Source of the DNA: Epiperipatus broadwayi
Lineage: Eukaryota; Animalia; Onychophora
Length of the DNA: 64,000 nucleotides
Direction: 5' to 3'
NCBI GenBank assembly: GCA_028023455.1
Contig: JAQFVV010000007.1
Coordinates: 2,232,001 to 2,296,000, forward strand
Both the position numbers and the translations under genes were made by a program. Shown here one piece after another: positions 1 to 14,885 of this stretch. Within the stretch, counting starts at the first letter, position 1. Every line of letters starts with the position of its first letter. A model generated the notes under the pieces. The model ran no database searches. It was not told where the DNA came from and was given only the letters and a program-made list of their open reading frames with translations.

Positions 1-1982
1 AAGTTAAAAATAAATTGAATTCAAGTGTGTATTGATATTTTTCTTAACAATAAACCTGATTTAAAAGAACTGGAGGTTTCTGAGTTAAAAGACTCAAACT
101 TAATTGCATTTGTTGATAAACAATAAAATCTTTTTTTTTTCTTTATGTACTCAATGAAAGTAAAGCATTACTGAAATTTTGGCACTGTTAATTTTTTATA
201 TATATATATAAATGTATAACTTTTAATTATTTAATGCATGATGTCTCTTTCTCCCATGAATAATATTTTTTAGTATATTTACATTTGACTCTTCAGACAT
301 AATTTTTTAAAAGTGTTTTAGCATATTTATATATGTGTATCTTCTGAAATAAAATAAAATTTGAGAAACACTTTTATAGCGTTTTTAATATTATTGATTT
401 ATAATGGAAATTGCATATCTTTCATTTTAAAACATGAACATTTTAAAATACTAAAATAAAACAATATATATAGTACAGTAATAAACATCAGTTCTTTTTA
501 CAAAAAATAAACCCAATGAATATCTCTTGAAGAAAAAAGTGTTTTATATTCAGTTGTAACAAAAAATGGTGTTACTGAATTTAAAACAATATATACAACT
601 CAACATATCTGGCCAAAAAAAATTTTTTTTTCAAGAAAGCGTATCAGTTATTTTTTAAAATTAGAGATTCCATAAACTGATTTATTTGATTTTATTTTGC
701 TTGTAAACATAAAATGTTCTATATCTGAGCAATTTTATAAGTTAGTTATGTCTGCTGTACAAATATATATGATTTGATTGATTTTAAATGCTTACATATA
801 TTTTTCTATGTTCGTTGTATTCATTTACTAGAGTCATTTAAATATATTTAATCATTCTTATTTGCATAATCATATAAAATAATTTTCTCATTTGTTGGGC
901 ACATGCATGCATGCCCTAATATTAGACAGTGATATGAACATTTATATTACTTTACAACTGACATTATCATTTGATTATGAGTAGCTTAAAAGTCTTCATA
1001 GATGTTACTATGTGGTAAATAGACATCCTTATGTCATGTATTTACTATTACTAAGTAACTGAGCTAAAATATAAAATTAAAGATTTACAGATGAGTGTTT
1101 GGTGCTTCCATTAATGGATTTTGAATTTGTGCTAAAGCATTATTTTGGCATAGATATGTTCCAGATTTTATTGTTGCAAATGAAATAAAAAAAAATATTG
1201 CTATCAGTTTTATTTTGTCAGAAGATTGAAACTCACCTAGATTATGAAGTTCTTAGTTGTAGTTTACTTATCCCACATATAAATTCAGCACACTCACCAG
1301 TTGTAACAACAAAATGTCAACATTTATCTAACCAATCCAGATTAAAATGGGACCATCACCCTTTAGCCAATAATGGCTAGATATCTATTTATTGATTTAT
1401 ATCAGAAACTAGCTAAACAGATTAAGAACTGACAATTTGAACAATAATTTTTTTGTTTACTTTGCAAGACCTGAAAAAATTTTCAGCAATAAGATGATAA
1501 TATGAAGATTAAAAGAAGAATTTGTAAACAACACAAAATCTTAAGTTATTTTACTTTGATTCTATAAAATTACATAAAATAGCACTATTCATTGCTAAGC
1601 AAAGATAAATGTAAATATATTATATACACTTAATATTTTTTAAATTAAGAATTAGTTGAAAGCAATGACAAGTTTCAGTAACAATGATCAAGTCACTTTT
1701 TTATTATTTGATCACAATGTATTTTTCCAAAAGACTTCCCAAATTACTTATCAAGCAATCACACCTGCCCAAACACACACACATATATATAATGAGCATA
1801 TACTATAGATAATATGTAATAAAGTAATGAAATAATATTACGATGAAGAGATTTGATAAATTTGATATAAAAAATATATATTTTATTTTATTAAATGCTA
1901 AGCAAGACTTTGTGTGAAAATCAGTCAGGCAATTAACTATATTGTTAAATTAAATGACCAGTGTTTGGTAAGGAAAACTCAA

Positions 1983-2480
1983 TTAGCTCTTAAATTTATG
2001 GCATTTTTGATTATATGCTAGGCTTCTAGGATTGGAATGTTTAAAAGAATGGTCAGTTTTTTTCATGGTCAATAAATACTGAGATGTAAGCACATGTTGC
2101 ATAACTCTTGATTTTAAGTTTGTATAAGTTTCTCTATAATATTTACTATTACAAAATTGGCAGTTTAGGGCATATACCAGTTGAACCTTATTGTCATTAA
2201 GGATCTTATATTTGAAATTATTAATGAGTCTGTTAAGTGACAAGGGTCATCTAAAACCAACATTGAAATCTTTGTTTAAGATGGGTATTAATTTTGAATG
2301 GATTTTAGGAATATAAGGCATATCAATCCTAGAGTTAAAATTAGCCGGCTTATCAAATTTGTGTCTATCATTAAATCTTTTTATTTGTTTGTCAAGTGTG
2401 GCAGAAAAATAGCTGACACTAATTAAATCTGTCTTATAATGTTCTATATATATTGAACCAGATATTATCCACTTTAAAAC
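1983..2480 (-). mobile_element. Penelope-like retroelement remnant (RT C-terminus plus GIY-YIG endonuclease)
   Basis: The minus frame reads ...IDMPYIPKIHSKLIPILNKDFNVGFR*PLSLNRL...VYALNCQFCNSKYYRETYTNLKSRVMQH. This matches the PLE pattern LPYIP...VYxIxCxxC...YxGET.RxLxxRxxEH. It has one in-frame stop. Confidence 0.75.
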
Positions 2481-5400
2481 TCCAATTGTGACTTTGACAG
2501 CTATTTTAAAGATTCACACACACATTTCTTTTCTTTTCTGTAATTTGTTTTGTTTAAAAACATGTTTTAAGTTAATTTTGTAAAAGTTTTAAAAAAGACA
2601 AAAAACTAACATTTTGTTTTATTTTTTGGGAAAGTTTTTTTTTATAATTGCATTCTTGTTTATGAAAAGTTTTTTTTAAAAAAAATCAAAAAATGATTAC
2701 ATTCTTGTTGCTTAATTATAAATCTATTCTAATTTTTAATTTATCTAAAAAGGGTGGAGGTCTAATAGTATATTAATTAATTTTGTTTTTAATAAATTAA
2801 GCCCCTGGTGAGATTTTAATTAGATTGAGCATGGTCATAAATTAGCCCTTGACATATAAATAGCCATGAGTTTAGGACATTATTCTTGGCCAAAATATTT
2901 ATAGACATAAGCTTCCACCATTGATTTTAACATATTGCTGCTCTTTTCTAGACCTGCTACCAGAAATTTATTTATGTAATCCTATTGTTAGACTGCCCAC
3001 TTAATTTTCAAAATTAGCTGTCTAAATTAATAATGCATTCTCATCAGATGGTCAAATTTTAGGCCTTGGATAAGCAAAATTCCAGTATGCCATGCTAAGC
3101 CAACCTAAGATGGATCCTGACCTCCTTGTTGTTCTTTCCAGTATGCCATAAAACCTAAACTCAAACTGTGTCAAAGTCTGCCTCCATACTCGCTGCCATT
3201 TAAAGAACAAATCATTTAAAGACTTCACCATTATTAATATTACCTGAAACCAACTGAGTACTCAGTAAACTGTCCAACACCAATGTAATTTTTTTTATAT
3301 GCTTGCCAGGGTTAATTCTAATTTCTAGTAAACCCTCCGCTCAATCTAGAGTAGACTTAAGTATAAATTTATCTTATATCAAAATCATTTTATTTATACT
3401 TTTGTCTCTTTGTGTGTGAAATATATTGTATTTATAGTGCATACTGAAATATTAGTTTTAAGATTCCAGTTTGCTTTAAATTTATTTATCTGAGAGTGTT
3501 GTAAATTTATATTGTATATATGTAATTTGTCACTCTATTTATTTTCCTCTTTCTAAATACTTTGGCAGTGCTTTGTAATTGTCTTTATCTCACATGTTCT
3601 TCCTTTTTGTATTATCCTAAAATTAATTTTGAGTAGTTTAGTTTGCATGTGCTGCAGACTGCAAATCTTTTGGCTGACAGTTTATCATGTTTAGTTGTTC
3701 TAGTTTTCTGAAATTGGAGATTTTGTTTCTTGTTTTCTAGATTACATAAGATTGTAATCATTCTTCATGTCTTGTATGTGGAATTAACCGTCAATTACCT
3801 TGAATATGGTATATTATGAGCTATCCTGTGGACAAATTATGTCTCTAGTCCCAATGTACGAGAGAATGCTTGTCTCATGCTGTTTGTTAATTTCCTACAA
3901 GACTATTTCTATTATTTTTGTATCTCTGAATTAAGAAACTAGAATTGATTTTTATAAATCACCAGTAGGAAAATATTCTCAATTTTCTTTTTAAATTGTA
4001 GGTGAGAGAATGAATTTTACTGCCAAACTGTTTAATGTTTTAATATTTACTATACTCATGTGCACTCTGAGATGATACGCTTATAAAAATGTAGGTCAAA
4101 TGATCATATTTTGTTAGATTTACTTTGTTTTGTTTTGTTTTATTGAATGTAATAAAAGTTTCACATTAGTTTAAACTTAATTTTGCTGATTTGTCTTAGT
4201 GCTTTTATTTTCTCAATTGTCTGAACAATATTTAAGATATCTTGCTGTCTCCCTGAGTCTAATTGGTGCAAACCATCATCACTATCCACTTTTGATCGTG
4301 GTAAACAAATTTTCCAGATATGCAGTGACCTGGTACATTGAATGACTGTTACAATATATATGTAGTAATATTATAGTCAGTGACAAACTCTGGCCATATC
4401 AAATATTACAAGTTTATTCAACTAGTAATGTTTAAATAGGGAAATGATAGGATTTAATTTTCTCAGTTTTTTTATAATGTCAAGCAGTAACTTATTTAAA
4501 AGTTTTGCATTTCTTAAGTGATATGATAATTCCAAACATTTTTTTAAAAAAATAATATAAAAATTTATAATTTGTTAAGCACAGTGTAAAAGAGAGAGAG
4601 AAAAAGTATAAAAATAATAAAGTAAGAAATAATTTATTTTATTCTCTTTCTTTAGTAATTTTTTCTACCAGTTTTAAGTTTAAAAGTATAAGATAAATAC
4701 TTTTTTCTCTCTTCACAAATTTATTGATTAGTTTCAATTATTTTTAAAAATAGTAATAACTATAAAAGATAAATAAATAATATTTTAAATATTGTTTATG
4801 TTTTTAACATTTTGTTAAGAAATTTTGTTTTAATTAATTAATGTCTTTTTTCTTTTCTCACAAATGGCAGTATTGTTCAAATCAAAGAGTAATTAAAGGA
4901 TTATCTTGTTTTGTTTTGTTTTTGGCATAAAAGAGAATAACTACAGTGAAATTTTTTATGATTGAAATTTTTTTTAATTAATAAAAAAAAGTAGGAAAAC
5001 AACTAAATAACCTTTTGTAAAAAGAGACAAAATTGCTCAGGATTTAATGGGGATATATATTAGATAAGATGGGATTGGATGAATGCAGGACTATTCTAAA
5101 AACAATATAGATGGTAGGTTAAAGTGGTATATCTCAGTGTCTTGTGAGAAACAGCTATTTTTGATGAAGCTGTTGAGGAAATCAGTAAGAGCAGTCTTTC
5201 TGAATTCAGCTGTTGAAAAAAGCAGTAGCAGAAATTTAGTTGCAAAAAGAGCAGTGACTCATCTCATTACTTGTTTAAAAGAATTGATGTTTAAGATATA
5301 TTTAAGGAAAGCCATGTGTTAAACTTTTTTTAGAAGCAAAGAAAAAGACCCCTGAAGTACTCTGCAACAAGCTTTAGTTCCATCCAAAAGCATGACTGTC

Positions 5401-8400
5401 TCATTCTGTATGTTAGCTGAACTTGAAAGTTAGTACATTGTAAAAAAATAGATATATTCAACTTGTGTGAAGCCTAAAAATATTCTATTGTAAAAGTATA
5501 TAAATTTAACTGTGCCCATTAATTCAAAAATATGTGTTAATGAAGAAGCTTGCAAAAAGAAAAATCAACATAAAAATGAAATTTATAACTACCGAAGAAG
5601 TACTCAAAAGAAAAACACATTGTAATTTAAGGTATAGTACCTACATCCACACTTAGAGATATTTTTAAAAATAAGTAGTAATTAGTAATATTGAATAATT
5701 TTTATTATTTATTGAAATGTTTTTTTTCTTTACTTTTCTTCCAAAAGGTAATTGTGTAGATTTTCATTTTCACAAGAAAAGAAAAAAATAATTTTAGCTA
5801 TTTTTTTTATCTTTGGAATGTTTATAGTTTCAATCATTGAAGAAGGAAATAATTCTATTTAAAGTAAAAATTAATTAATTAAATTAATAAAAGTCAATAA
5901 TAAGTTAAGATTACTTGCTCTATGAAATTATATATATTGTTAAAATTTATAAAAATTGAAATGATCATATTATCATGTCATTTGTTAATTTTTAAAATTA
6001 TTTATTAGTTAATTTGTTAAATAATTGTTTAAAAATAAGTTTTAATGTCTATTCCTCCATCTATCTATTCTATGAATTGGCAGAGTGTGTGGCTTGATTT
6101 CATAATAGCATAGTGTTTTAGAAATTTGTAAATTATTCCAGTAACACTATTCAAATTAGAGTAATCTTGTATATTTATCTTTTTGGTTTATGTCTTAGTC
6201 TTTAGGATGTTGTGATCCTGAGCTAGCTTTAAAGCCATAACAGTTTATTTATTTATATGTGGGGGGGGGATTATGTTCATGTTTGAACATCCAGATAGTT
6301 CTCTGGAAGGTGGAAAGGGTGTTACTCTTAAAGTCCATTTATTGTACTTTATCTTTTTAGATTAGAAATTAATTTATAGAGTGTCTTGTTCTATATGACC
6401 TGAATATTGATGATGATCAGCATATATCAGGATCCCAGCATTATTTTGTATGATAGATACTTTGTTACTTAAGTATGTGTATCCAGATGATTGTTGTGTA
6501 TTATGCCCTAAGTTTGGTACTAACTATTGAATCTCTTTTAAATCCAGTCACAAGGGATCACTTGATTATTTTTGTATAAGGCTGCTGATGCAACTTGTAA
6601 CTTATTATTAGTGTTATAATTACTTATAGCTTTGTTCAGTCCTGAGTCTCATGCTACTTATATATTTATTCCTTTGGTATTTATTATTTTGAAGAGTTAA
6701 TTAATTGTGACTATTCAGTGGTGATGATGATGTTTTCCCATCTCATATTACCCCTTTTTATTCGATACCATTATAATATATATCAGAATAAATAAAAGCA
6801 AATATAACATTATAAATCATTCCAAATCACCATGTTGAGGTGTTATTTATGTACTTAACACAATTTAAAGCTAATATATTACACTCTAATGATTTAGGTA
6901 TAGTTTGGATAGCTGTTTGTGTACTAGACTGAATCCTTTACATATTGTTCAAGCAACATTATTGCACCATTTATATAAACTGTTAAATATCTATATAGCA
7001 GCATGAATTATTGTGTGAAAACATTAAAATATGAAAGCACTTATGTATATATAAAATATTTTTGGTAGTATTAAAATGAACACATAAATTTCAATACAAA
7101 ATGGATGCTATCTTTTATGATTTTTCATGATAATCAATACATTGATCCTGATTGTTAGAAATGCATTAAAGTATCTTCATCAAGGTCCTGCATTATATTT
7201 TATGTTTATTTCCAAGGTTCAAAAATTTTTTTTTAATAATCAGCTTAAAAGTCATGTTAATTTCTATTATAAATGCTGAGATGATTAATTGATCATCTGG
7301 CAAAAGTAAGGTGGACACGTGATTTGCTGTCCAGATTTAATTCCTGCCTAGTGAAGTTTTTGAATGACTTTTTGTATCCAAAAAAATGATTAAAATTGGG
7401 AAACTGCCTGCTATCAGGATGATGCATGCAGTCGTCCACTACTTCCAAAAGATGGCCATAAATTTGTACATGTAGCATGTTAAACAAAAGTGACAACTTG
7501 CTGCCTGATAAGAAAATTTTCTTATAAATCATAGCTATGCTTTTGTTTGCATTTTGCAGGACATAAAAACTTCAGTTTGTCCCAGTGATTGTAAAAAACA
7601 ATATTTTGCTTTTCTTTATTATTAGAATAAATGTACATTGCTAAAAGTTTGTTTGTTGCAACATTGTTTCTTGTAAAAAAACAAAAACGTAAATATGTGT
7701 TCGTTTATGTCTGTTAAATACAGTTATAGATGAAATAAGATTTGTTATTTTTCATTTTTGCAAATAATTCGATTCGATTCGATTCAAAACGTAAATATGT
7801 GTTTTTTTTATTTCCACTAAATAAAGTTATAGATCGCCATTTTGTATTAATTAAATAAAGTTATCATTTATCAAAATTGGTGCATTAAGTTTATCAGAAA
7901 ATCTCATGCAGACATTATTTTATGAGATTGCAAGATTAGAAAATTATCGCCAGATGAATACGTATATAAAATCTCACCACCGGACTAACATGTAAGTACT
8001 AAAAATTATATGTATGTGTAGAATTTGTCATACCGGTGAAGATATTTTGGGAGAAGATATATTAATGATATTGTCCAAGTTTAATCAAAGGAATAAAACA
8101 CTAACTTAAACATAAATCTAAAATTGTTTGTTACTAAATAAAAATGAAAATTGGTGTACCAGAAAAAAAAAAGTTCTATCTAAAAGTGAAATACAAAAGA
8201 TATTGAAATAAGATTAAAAAACAAGTTTATCAAATTTCAACAAGTAAATATATTTACAAAATTAAAAATAAAATAAAAATTGCAGCTATTTGATAGTACA
8301 AAAAAATATGCTTTTTTATAATGCATGTGAAATATAGCAAATAACTTATTGACTAAATCAGAAATTACATCCATTTATCAATAGATGCTTTCATATTATC

Positions 8401-11400
8401 TTGAGCAAGTGGATGATAGGGTTAATTAAATAAAGAAATACAGAATAAACCCCTTAGATATCAAATGATTAATATTACAAAAAAGAAAGATCATAAGAAA
8501 AACAGAAAAAATATTGCAAAGGAATATTTAAATAGATATCATATGGAAGTTAGCTTAGAAAATAATTTGACGATGTAAGGAAGAATTCTAAAAACTGGAA
8601 AAGGCATCAAGCTGTATAAAAAAATTTAAGTCATACTTTACTCCAGATGAAAAATTAAACAATTCATTACTAAGAACTACCATGGAATGCATAATATAAA
8701 AATTCTCATAATAACTAGGATTGTTTTGATTCTAAGTGTTATAATCCAATTTAAGCAGCCTGGAATTATAATGTAATTTTAATTTAATACATTTCTTGCT
8801 AAATGTATTAGGACAAAAAAAAAAAAAAATTTATTTGTGACTTATCAGAAAGGCTTTATTTTTCAGAAGTTGGAAACCATCAGATGAACCATAACTGGAA
8901 TCGATCTGAGGATCTTATAACCCAGAATCTAACTGTTTTACATTGCATAAAGTCATGCAGGGTAAAGTAATCGGATTACTTTATTTTTGGGGCATTCGTA
9001 AAAAGTTTGAGGGTCATAAGAAATGCCAAATCTAGAATTGTTCCAAGGTCCTTATGTTCTAAACACTAGTACTCTACTAATGTATTAAAGTGTGCAAGCA
9101 CTCATTAATAGTGAGGAAAATGCAATTAATCTTTAACTCTGATGTAAATAGTGTCAATTTAACAACAAACTTTAGCCTTTTACTTTAAGACACAACAAGC
9201 ACAAAAACAATAATATTTAAAAAAGAGAAAATGAATAGAAAAATTAAAATTGATATAACTGAGCTGGACATAATAGACATTTTATATACTTTTAATATAG
9301 TTATTAATAACCCAGGTTCTAACCAGAAATAAAGCGGGGAATAGCCAAAGCAAAAACTTATATACAGCTCATGAATTTAGTCTAAAAAATTAGATTACAA
9401 ATAAAACTAGAGATACATTGGGTATATATTGTTATAAAATATTTGAGATGATTAAAAGATTTGATTAGAAGAGTTTTGACATTTAAAAAGACAAATTCAG
9501 AAAATCACAAATAATTGAATGAAAACAAGATTTTCATAAAATTTTCTACAAAAAATTAAATAACAAAAAAAAAAAAAAAAATTATCGAAGCAAATTAGAA
9601 AAAAAACCCAGCTACAATATTTTGATTATATCTATCAATAAAATTAATGACTAATAAACACAAATAACGGATAAAAACTGCATACAATATGAATGAAATT
9701 AAAAAAATTATATGGAATTAGCTTTCACTCAGTACCCTTTTGCTGGGAAAAAGACAAACTGGAAGGAAATGAAAAATAGGTTTTAAAAAAATTTAAATAT
9801 CTTCTTTTCAGAATACAAAAGTGCTATTTTCTAAATCATTTTGGTGTAAGTTAAAAATATTTAATTTGTTTTAAAATTTGTTAAATTAATGGTTTGCTAT
9901 AATTAAAAAAAAAGGATTTGAGGATTTTTTATAAATTATTTCAATGAGTTTACTTTTAATAAAGTTTAAATGAAAATGAAAAGAATGGCATGATTGTATC
10001 CATGGATGGCTTTTGATTCTGAAACCATTATACAGATTATGTAAATTCATGAATAATATCAAATTCTAGGTATACACAGAAACATCATTTGAAAATATAT
10101 ATAAACAGTATACACATACAATACATTTCAATTTAAAATTTGTGTTATGACAAAAAAAAATTGAATACTGCACAATCCTTCTTTTTTATAATTGTAAGCT
10201 TTTTTAAATAGAGTGTCTTTTAGATTTCTTCATATACTGAGGAAAATGTAATTTTAAAATTTGATTTCAATGTTTATTGAACAGAAGGAAATAAAAATAT
10301 GCCCTAGATTATAATTTATGAATAGCATTTAACTCCGTCATTTCTGGAGGATGTTTTTCATTTGAGAGCAACAAATTCTTCAATTATTAATGAGAATATT
10401 TATAATAAAATAGAAACAAAATTAAAAAATATAATTATTAATGAGATTATGGATATTATACTTTTTTTGCAAGATTTTTAAAAAATCCGGATTATAAGAG
10501 GTAGTATTTGTAAATAGTAATCAAGTATTCGTCAGTTCTAGAACTTTTTAATTTGGATTAATTTTATATATAATGTTTTTGTTGCAACAAAAATTGTGAG
10601 AAAAGAAAATTCTAATAAAAAGCATGTTTTGATAAACTGATTGGTTTAGCACCTCTGTTATTCAGTATTGCAAAGATTTTAAAACACATGCAAATACGTA
10701 AATACACCTATACATTTACAGAAGCGAATATTTTTAAAAAAAAGTTATGCAAATTAAAATATAACAAAAATAATTTTTAAAAAATTCTCTAAAGTAAACA
10801 AACTATTTATAAGTAACAAAAATGGAATAAAATTTTAAAAGAACATTTTAAAAATCCAAATTAATCGTTATGGGGTAATATATATATATATAACAACAAC
10901 TTACAAATCTTTTTCATGAAAATTGCAATACAATATAAAGTTTTGCAATTTAATCATATATCAGTTGTAATGTACAATAAAAAATTAAAATGTAGCTTTT
11001 TTTTAAGTATATTTTTATAAATAATGGTTGATTCAGTCAATATTGTAACAATAGACACAGTGATCCCACTGTATTTTACTTAGTATGTTATTTTTTTCTG
11101 AGAATAACCTGTTTTAAGTGTTTTTTATTTTGGAGATGACATGAATATTTTGTGGTTTAAATTAAATTATATAACTTGTTTATCAAAAAAAAGTTATGAA
11201 TTAATTGAAACTTTACATTATACATTATTAGGAACTTCTTGTAAAATGTAAAATAAAGAAATTGAAAATTTAAAAGAATTAATAATGGTAAACACCTTTA
11301 AACCACCATTTTGAACAAAGCATAAAGAAAAGAATGCTCACCAGATTAGTCAATTGCTAGTTAGGATTTTATTTTGCTTCACTATCTAGCTCTAACTATT

Positions 11401-12444
11401 AAAATAGTGGAACAAATTGTGTTTAAAAATGGTAAAATATTACTAATAATTATTTACTTATTCAGGTTTAGTTTTCCAGTAGATCATATGGTTTTTGGGT
11501 ACCAAAGTATCCAGCTGTATTCAGTAGTTTCTATCAGTTGAACAAATTAAAAAAAAAAAAAACTGAAATATTTAGATTTTGAGTCCACTCCTTTTATTAT
11601 CAAATTTAACTATATGAGTATTCTTTCTTAATCATAATAACCTATTACTTAGTTACATTGCAAAGAGATTTATTTAATTTATTTTGGAAGATATTAGTGC
11701 ATTGTTTTCATCATTGTTTGCAGCATTGCAATTCTATTCCTGTTTATTAGACTTTAACTTTTGCCAAAGTTATTTATTTTTAGGTTCAGCTTATTAGCAA
11801 TAAGATTATTAATTACTTAAACTGATTTAAATCTTTTCAATATTGACAACAACAATAACATTTCAAATGACCAAACTGAGTAATACTAATTTTATTAAAG
11901 TAGTTAGTGAAGACATTACTAATAATGAACATTTATCTGAAATGTTTTGATGACTAAATCTACTTTTGAAAAAGAATATAATAATATACCACTGTATTGT
12001 ATTCAACATTAATTATTTATTTACAGAAAAATATACAAGGAAAAAAAATAATTATAGTATTCTAATGCTTTGATTTTGAACTCAGCATTACTATGACATA
12101 TTATTATTATTATGTGGATCTTCCATCAAGATTGTATAGAACTAAGTTTTAATTTAAACAGAAGAGATTTACACCCTAAGCACATGTGATATAATGTTGC
12201 TATAATAGCTCAACGATGTCTTGATGGATAATGTCAATCCAAAGCACAAGATACAGGTTTTTGAAAAGATAAGGATGGTTATCTTATCTTTTGTACCTAA
12301 ATTTGGTTATACAGACTGATATAAAGCATGATAGTTTGAGAGTCTGAAGATGTTTCTTTATTTGTATTACATCCATTAATTCTTTTCATATATTAAAAAT
12401 ATAAAACATTAACGACAGTTTTATTACAAAGTAAGTAAAGTTGC

Positions 12445-12680
12445 TAATAAAACAGGCAAGACTCTCCATACAGTATCAGCCAGAGTAATCAATGGATGCC
12501 AGAAGGCTTGTGCATAAAATTCCCATCTAGTGCTACTCATACAATATCCCCAGACTAGTTTCTGGCTTATGGCCTTTGTCAGTGAGGAGCCTTTGATCTG
12601 AGAGCACTGCACCTACATCTTAGGATCTAATGCAACCCTCCAGCAGCCACCTTTTATCTCTGCTTAACTACAAAACTATG
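12445..12680 (-). mobile_element. Repeat family C copy (hammerhead-bearing short element)
   Basis: 12482-12679 is about 90% identical by eye to 43444-43642. The left end carries the family tail motif (aaaacaggcaag...) also seen at 43400, 43670 and 14825. Confidence 0.75.
12548..12587 (-). ncRNA. Degenerate type I hammerhead ribozyme (family C)
   Basis: The minus strand reads CCTCA CTGACAA AGGC CATAA GCCA GAAA CTAG TC TGGGG. Stem I is CCTCA/TGGGG, stem II is GGC/GCC, stem III is the palindrome ACTAGT and the cleavage triplet is GTC. G8 is mutated to A. Confidence 0.55.
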
Positions 12681-12833
12681 AGAATAAAATTGAAAACACA
12701 ATAATATTGTCAATCTAAGCTCAATAGTATATATAGTCATATGGGTCTGAACACAGTTCAGCACCCATACATTTTGGTGTCTTTGGCTCTTTAACAACCA
12801 TAGCCACCACTATCCTATTAAGCAGGATTGGTG

Positions 12834-12951
12834 TTAAAACACTAAATATCACATAATCACCACTTCTCATGCTTGCACATAACTGTCTTGTTTTAATAAC
12901 AGTTATGTGCAAGCATGAGAAGTGGTGGTCATGTGATGTTTAGTGGTTTAA
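12834..12951. repeat. Inverted repeat of the family C tail (53-bp arms, 12-nt loop)
   Basis: 12834-12886 and 12899-12951 are reverse complements with 4 mismatches. The same tail occurs near 14835-14890, 23165-23210, 27525-27570 (reversed) and 43685-43738. Confidence 0.85.
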
Positions 12952-14433
12952 AGTTGTTAATGTATTATTTAGTTAGAACCACTCATTACAAGACTGAATT
13001 ATTGACTTCTTAGGGCATTAGATGCTATTAGTGTAATAATATTATCATTATTAATAATGTGTATTGGTCATAGAAGGATAGAGTTCATTTTATAAAGAAG
13101 CTTTTGAGGTGAAAAAAATTTGTCTGTGAAGTGAGACCTTTTAACATTCTACTGAATACAAAGGATAGATGAAGTGATTCTCATTAAAAAAAAAGATCTT
13201 TTTTTCAAAACTGATCAGATTAAAGAAACTTAGTTTTTTGCATTTTTTAAAAAAAATTCTATTTAAACTAAAGAATAAAATATTAAATTGAAAATAACCA
13301 GAAAGTATGCGATCAGCTTGTAATCTGGCAGAATTCAATTATGTGATTAACGGTTATCAGAACGCAATGAAAAAAAATCTATATGACTATCAGGAATAAA
13401 CATCTTACTTAAATAGTACCTCATTAAAAAAAAATATGGTGGTTTTTTAATCAACAACCTATCAAATCAATCGATTACTTAAAAAAAGCATTCCTTTTTT
13501 TTAATAGCAGTGCCATTATCTAGATATTTTCAAAAAAATTTGGAGGCAAACATTTTAGAATGGATTTTTAAAAAACAACAGAGATGTAGATTTCCAATAA
13601 ACATCTGTTAAGAATTAAGAAGTTGTAACTGTCTGATACATTTACAGAAACACAAATTTTTCAATTATCATTTCCTATTTTAAAAGTCTTTTAGAATCTA
13701 CAAGCCTGCTTTTTGCGAATCACTCAATATATTCAACTTTTAATTATTCGAACTGAGAACTGCTTAAGCATCGAGTTATTTATTTAAATAAAGCATACAT
13801 ACACATGCACATATATAGACGCACACTAATATTTATAACAATGGGAGAAAGGATACAGTATCAGTTTAATTAATTATAGCAGCTAAATTTTAGAAGTTAG
13901 CTTTTTAAGAGAAAAAACTAGCGCTACCTAATTCTACAATTTTATCAAGTTACTGGCCTTTGTCTCACACATAATTAATCTTCTTAGCAGGATTTCTCTG
14001 ACCCCTTTAAATAATCTAATGTTTACAGCATGCCTAGCCTCGCCTGACCGTATTACTTGCAACGTAAAACTATTCGGCAAACAGCAGTTCGGTCTTGACG
14101 TGTCGCATCAAAATACAATTTTTCAATCTTTACTACTTAATATAACACTGTCAGGAGTTAAATTTATTCTAAGCAAGGACTTCGGTTATTTATTTGTGAT
14201 AAATTAACAATAAATTCAAACAAAAAAAAAATCTTTCTTTTTTAAATTTTAGAATTGAATTTGAAATTAGAGGTTATCAAATACAGTCATTTGAAAGAAA
14301 AATGGTAAATCGTATGATGCTCATCGTCATAATTTACGTTGATAATAGCACAGACAGATTTAGTAATTAAACAATACTGTCAGCAGATATTACTATAATT
14401 ATTGATGAGGATTGATATTGTGATTTAATAATT

Positions 14434-14478
14434 ACGATGAATGCTGGTTCTGCACGAAATTTATATATTGGGGATCAT
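14434..14478 (+). ncRNA. Degenerate hammerhead motif (family B)
   Basis: The sequence ACGATGA ATGC TGGTTCT GCAC GAAA TTTATAT A TTGG GGATCAT aligns to the 42791 copy, and the downstream sequence is also similar. The C3-U4 core positions are mutated. Confidence 0.45.
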
Positions 14479-14752
14479 GTATCTTTTTCGCACGTGTATC
14501 TGTTGCTTGAGATGGATTAGAGGACAAATGGACTGAAAAATCCTGAATTTAAATCCCTCTAATTAATTACGGTTATGTGAATTTTTTTAAAAAAAAACTG
14601 ATTGTTTTAAAAGTAGAATATTTGCTTGTTGTTTTATTTTAACCACCAGAGGAAGTAATAAAATATTTTAGGAGGTATAACTTAACTTGGCAATAACATA
14701 AATGTCAAATATAGAAACAACACAGTAAATCTATAATTTAGTTTAAATTCAT

Positions 14753-14885
14753 ATAGTAGTGCCACCTTGTGCCAACCAGAGTAATCAATGGATGCCAGAA
14801 AGTGGCATTACTATATGAAGAGGTTTTTGCCTGTTTAATAACAGTTATGTGCTAGCAGGAGATGGTGATCATGTGATGTTTAGTG
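14753..14885 (+). mobile_element. Minimal family C insertion with a 12-bp TSD
   Basis: GTTTAAATTCAT occurs at 14741-14752 and 14886-14897. Inside are a 13-bp inverted arm (14753-14765 / 14802-14814), a fragment of the C core (ccagagtaatcaatggatgccagaa) and the family tail. Confidence 0.65.

Noticed and set aside
14021-14060. SRP/7SL RNA 5' end on the minus strand
   Set aside because: The resemblance is only loose and no downstream SRP helices are visible.
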